NCBI GenBank assembly: GCA_963705305.1 | Contig: OY970067.1 | Span: forward strand, 4,800,001-4,864,000 | Source of the DNA: an uncultured Methylomirabilota bacterium | GTDB lineage: Bacteria; Methylomirabilota; Methylomirabilia; Methylomirabilales; 2-02-FULL-66-22 | DNA length: 64,000 nucleotides | Direction of reading: 5' to 3' | Shown: positions 63,520 to 64,000 of the stretch, one piece after another | Layout: every line of letters starts with the position of its first letter | How positions within the stretch are numbered: position 1 is the stretch's first letter | Notes under the pieces: generated by a model | What the model was told of the DNA's origin: nothing | The model's input: only the letters and a program-made list of their open reading frames with translations | Databases searched by the model: none | Translations under genes and position numbers: made by a program

Positions 63520-64000
63520 TCAGGCTGCCTCGGCCTCTTCTTTCAGGCGCGAGAAGATCATCCGCCCGGCAGTCGTCTGGAGGACCGAGGTCACGCACAC
63601 ATCGATGGTCTGCCCGATGTGGCGCCGCCCGTTGTCGACCACCACCATGGTGCCGTCGTCCAGGTAGGCGATCCCCTGGTTGTACTCCTTCCCCTCTTTG
63701 AGGACGTACACCCGCATGTCCTCGCCGGGCAGCACCACCGGGCGAAGGGCGTTGGTCAACTCGTTGATGTTCAAGACCCCCACGCCGTGCAGCTCCGCCA
63801 CCTTGTTCAGATTGAAGTCGTTGGTCACGATCTTGGCGTTCAGGGCCTTGGCCATGGCCACCAGTTTGTTGTCCACCTCGCGGATCTCGGGGAATTCCAT
63901 GTCGCTGATCTCGACCCGGATATCCACCTTCTTCTGGATCTTCTGCAGGATGTCCAGACCGCGCCGCCCCCGGTTGCGCTTCAGCTGATCGGAGGAGTCG
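63520..64000 (-). CDS. PIN/TRAM domain protein (YacL-like), 5' end outside window
   Basis: [14 protein letters not shown] motif, [30 protein letters not shown] domain; usual position upstream of ispD. Confidence 0.9.
   Translation of the reverse strand, partial: DSSDQLKRNRGRRGLDILQKIQKKVDIRVEISDMEFPEIREVDNKLVAMAKALNAKIVTNDFNLNKVAELHGVGVLNINELTNALRPVVLPGEDMRVYVLKEGKEYNQGIAYLDDGTMVVVDNGRRHIGQTIDVCVTSVLQTTAGRMIFSRLKEEAEAA

Overview
This is a high-GC (roughly 70% by eye) bacterial core-genome window in which every real gene is on the minus strand. In transcription order (high to low coordinates) it contains: a partial PIN/TRAM (YacL-like) gene, ispD-ispF-cysS-rlmB, the tRNA Thr-Tyr-Gly-Thr cluster with tuf, rpmG, tRNA-Trp, secE-nusG-rplKAJL-rpoBC, the str operon (rpsL-rpsG-fusA-tuf), the S10/spc/alpha ribosomal protein operons, a LarA-family gene, a second divergent EF-G (EF-G2 type), rimP-nusA-ylxR-infB-ylxP-rbfA-nrnA-truB-ribF-rpsO-pnp, an M16 peptidase, purB-purC-purS-purQ-purL-hom-thrC, and tRNA-Gly. 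The organism may be Methylomirabilota/Rokubacteria-like, but this is a weak inference. I found no phage, CRISPR-Cas, transposase or defence genes, and no clear new multi-gene system. The most unusual signals are: about nine intergenic 7-bp-periodic repeat tracts, several forming palindromes; an exact 40-bp duplicated element around the purB promoter and leader; a MITE-like element after infB; a one-base frameshift in rplV that fuses its N-terminal half to rpsC; the LarA plus EF-G2 pair between core translation operons; and several candidate attenuator hairpins. Start codons, promoters and hairpins were read by eye.
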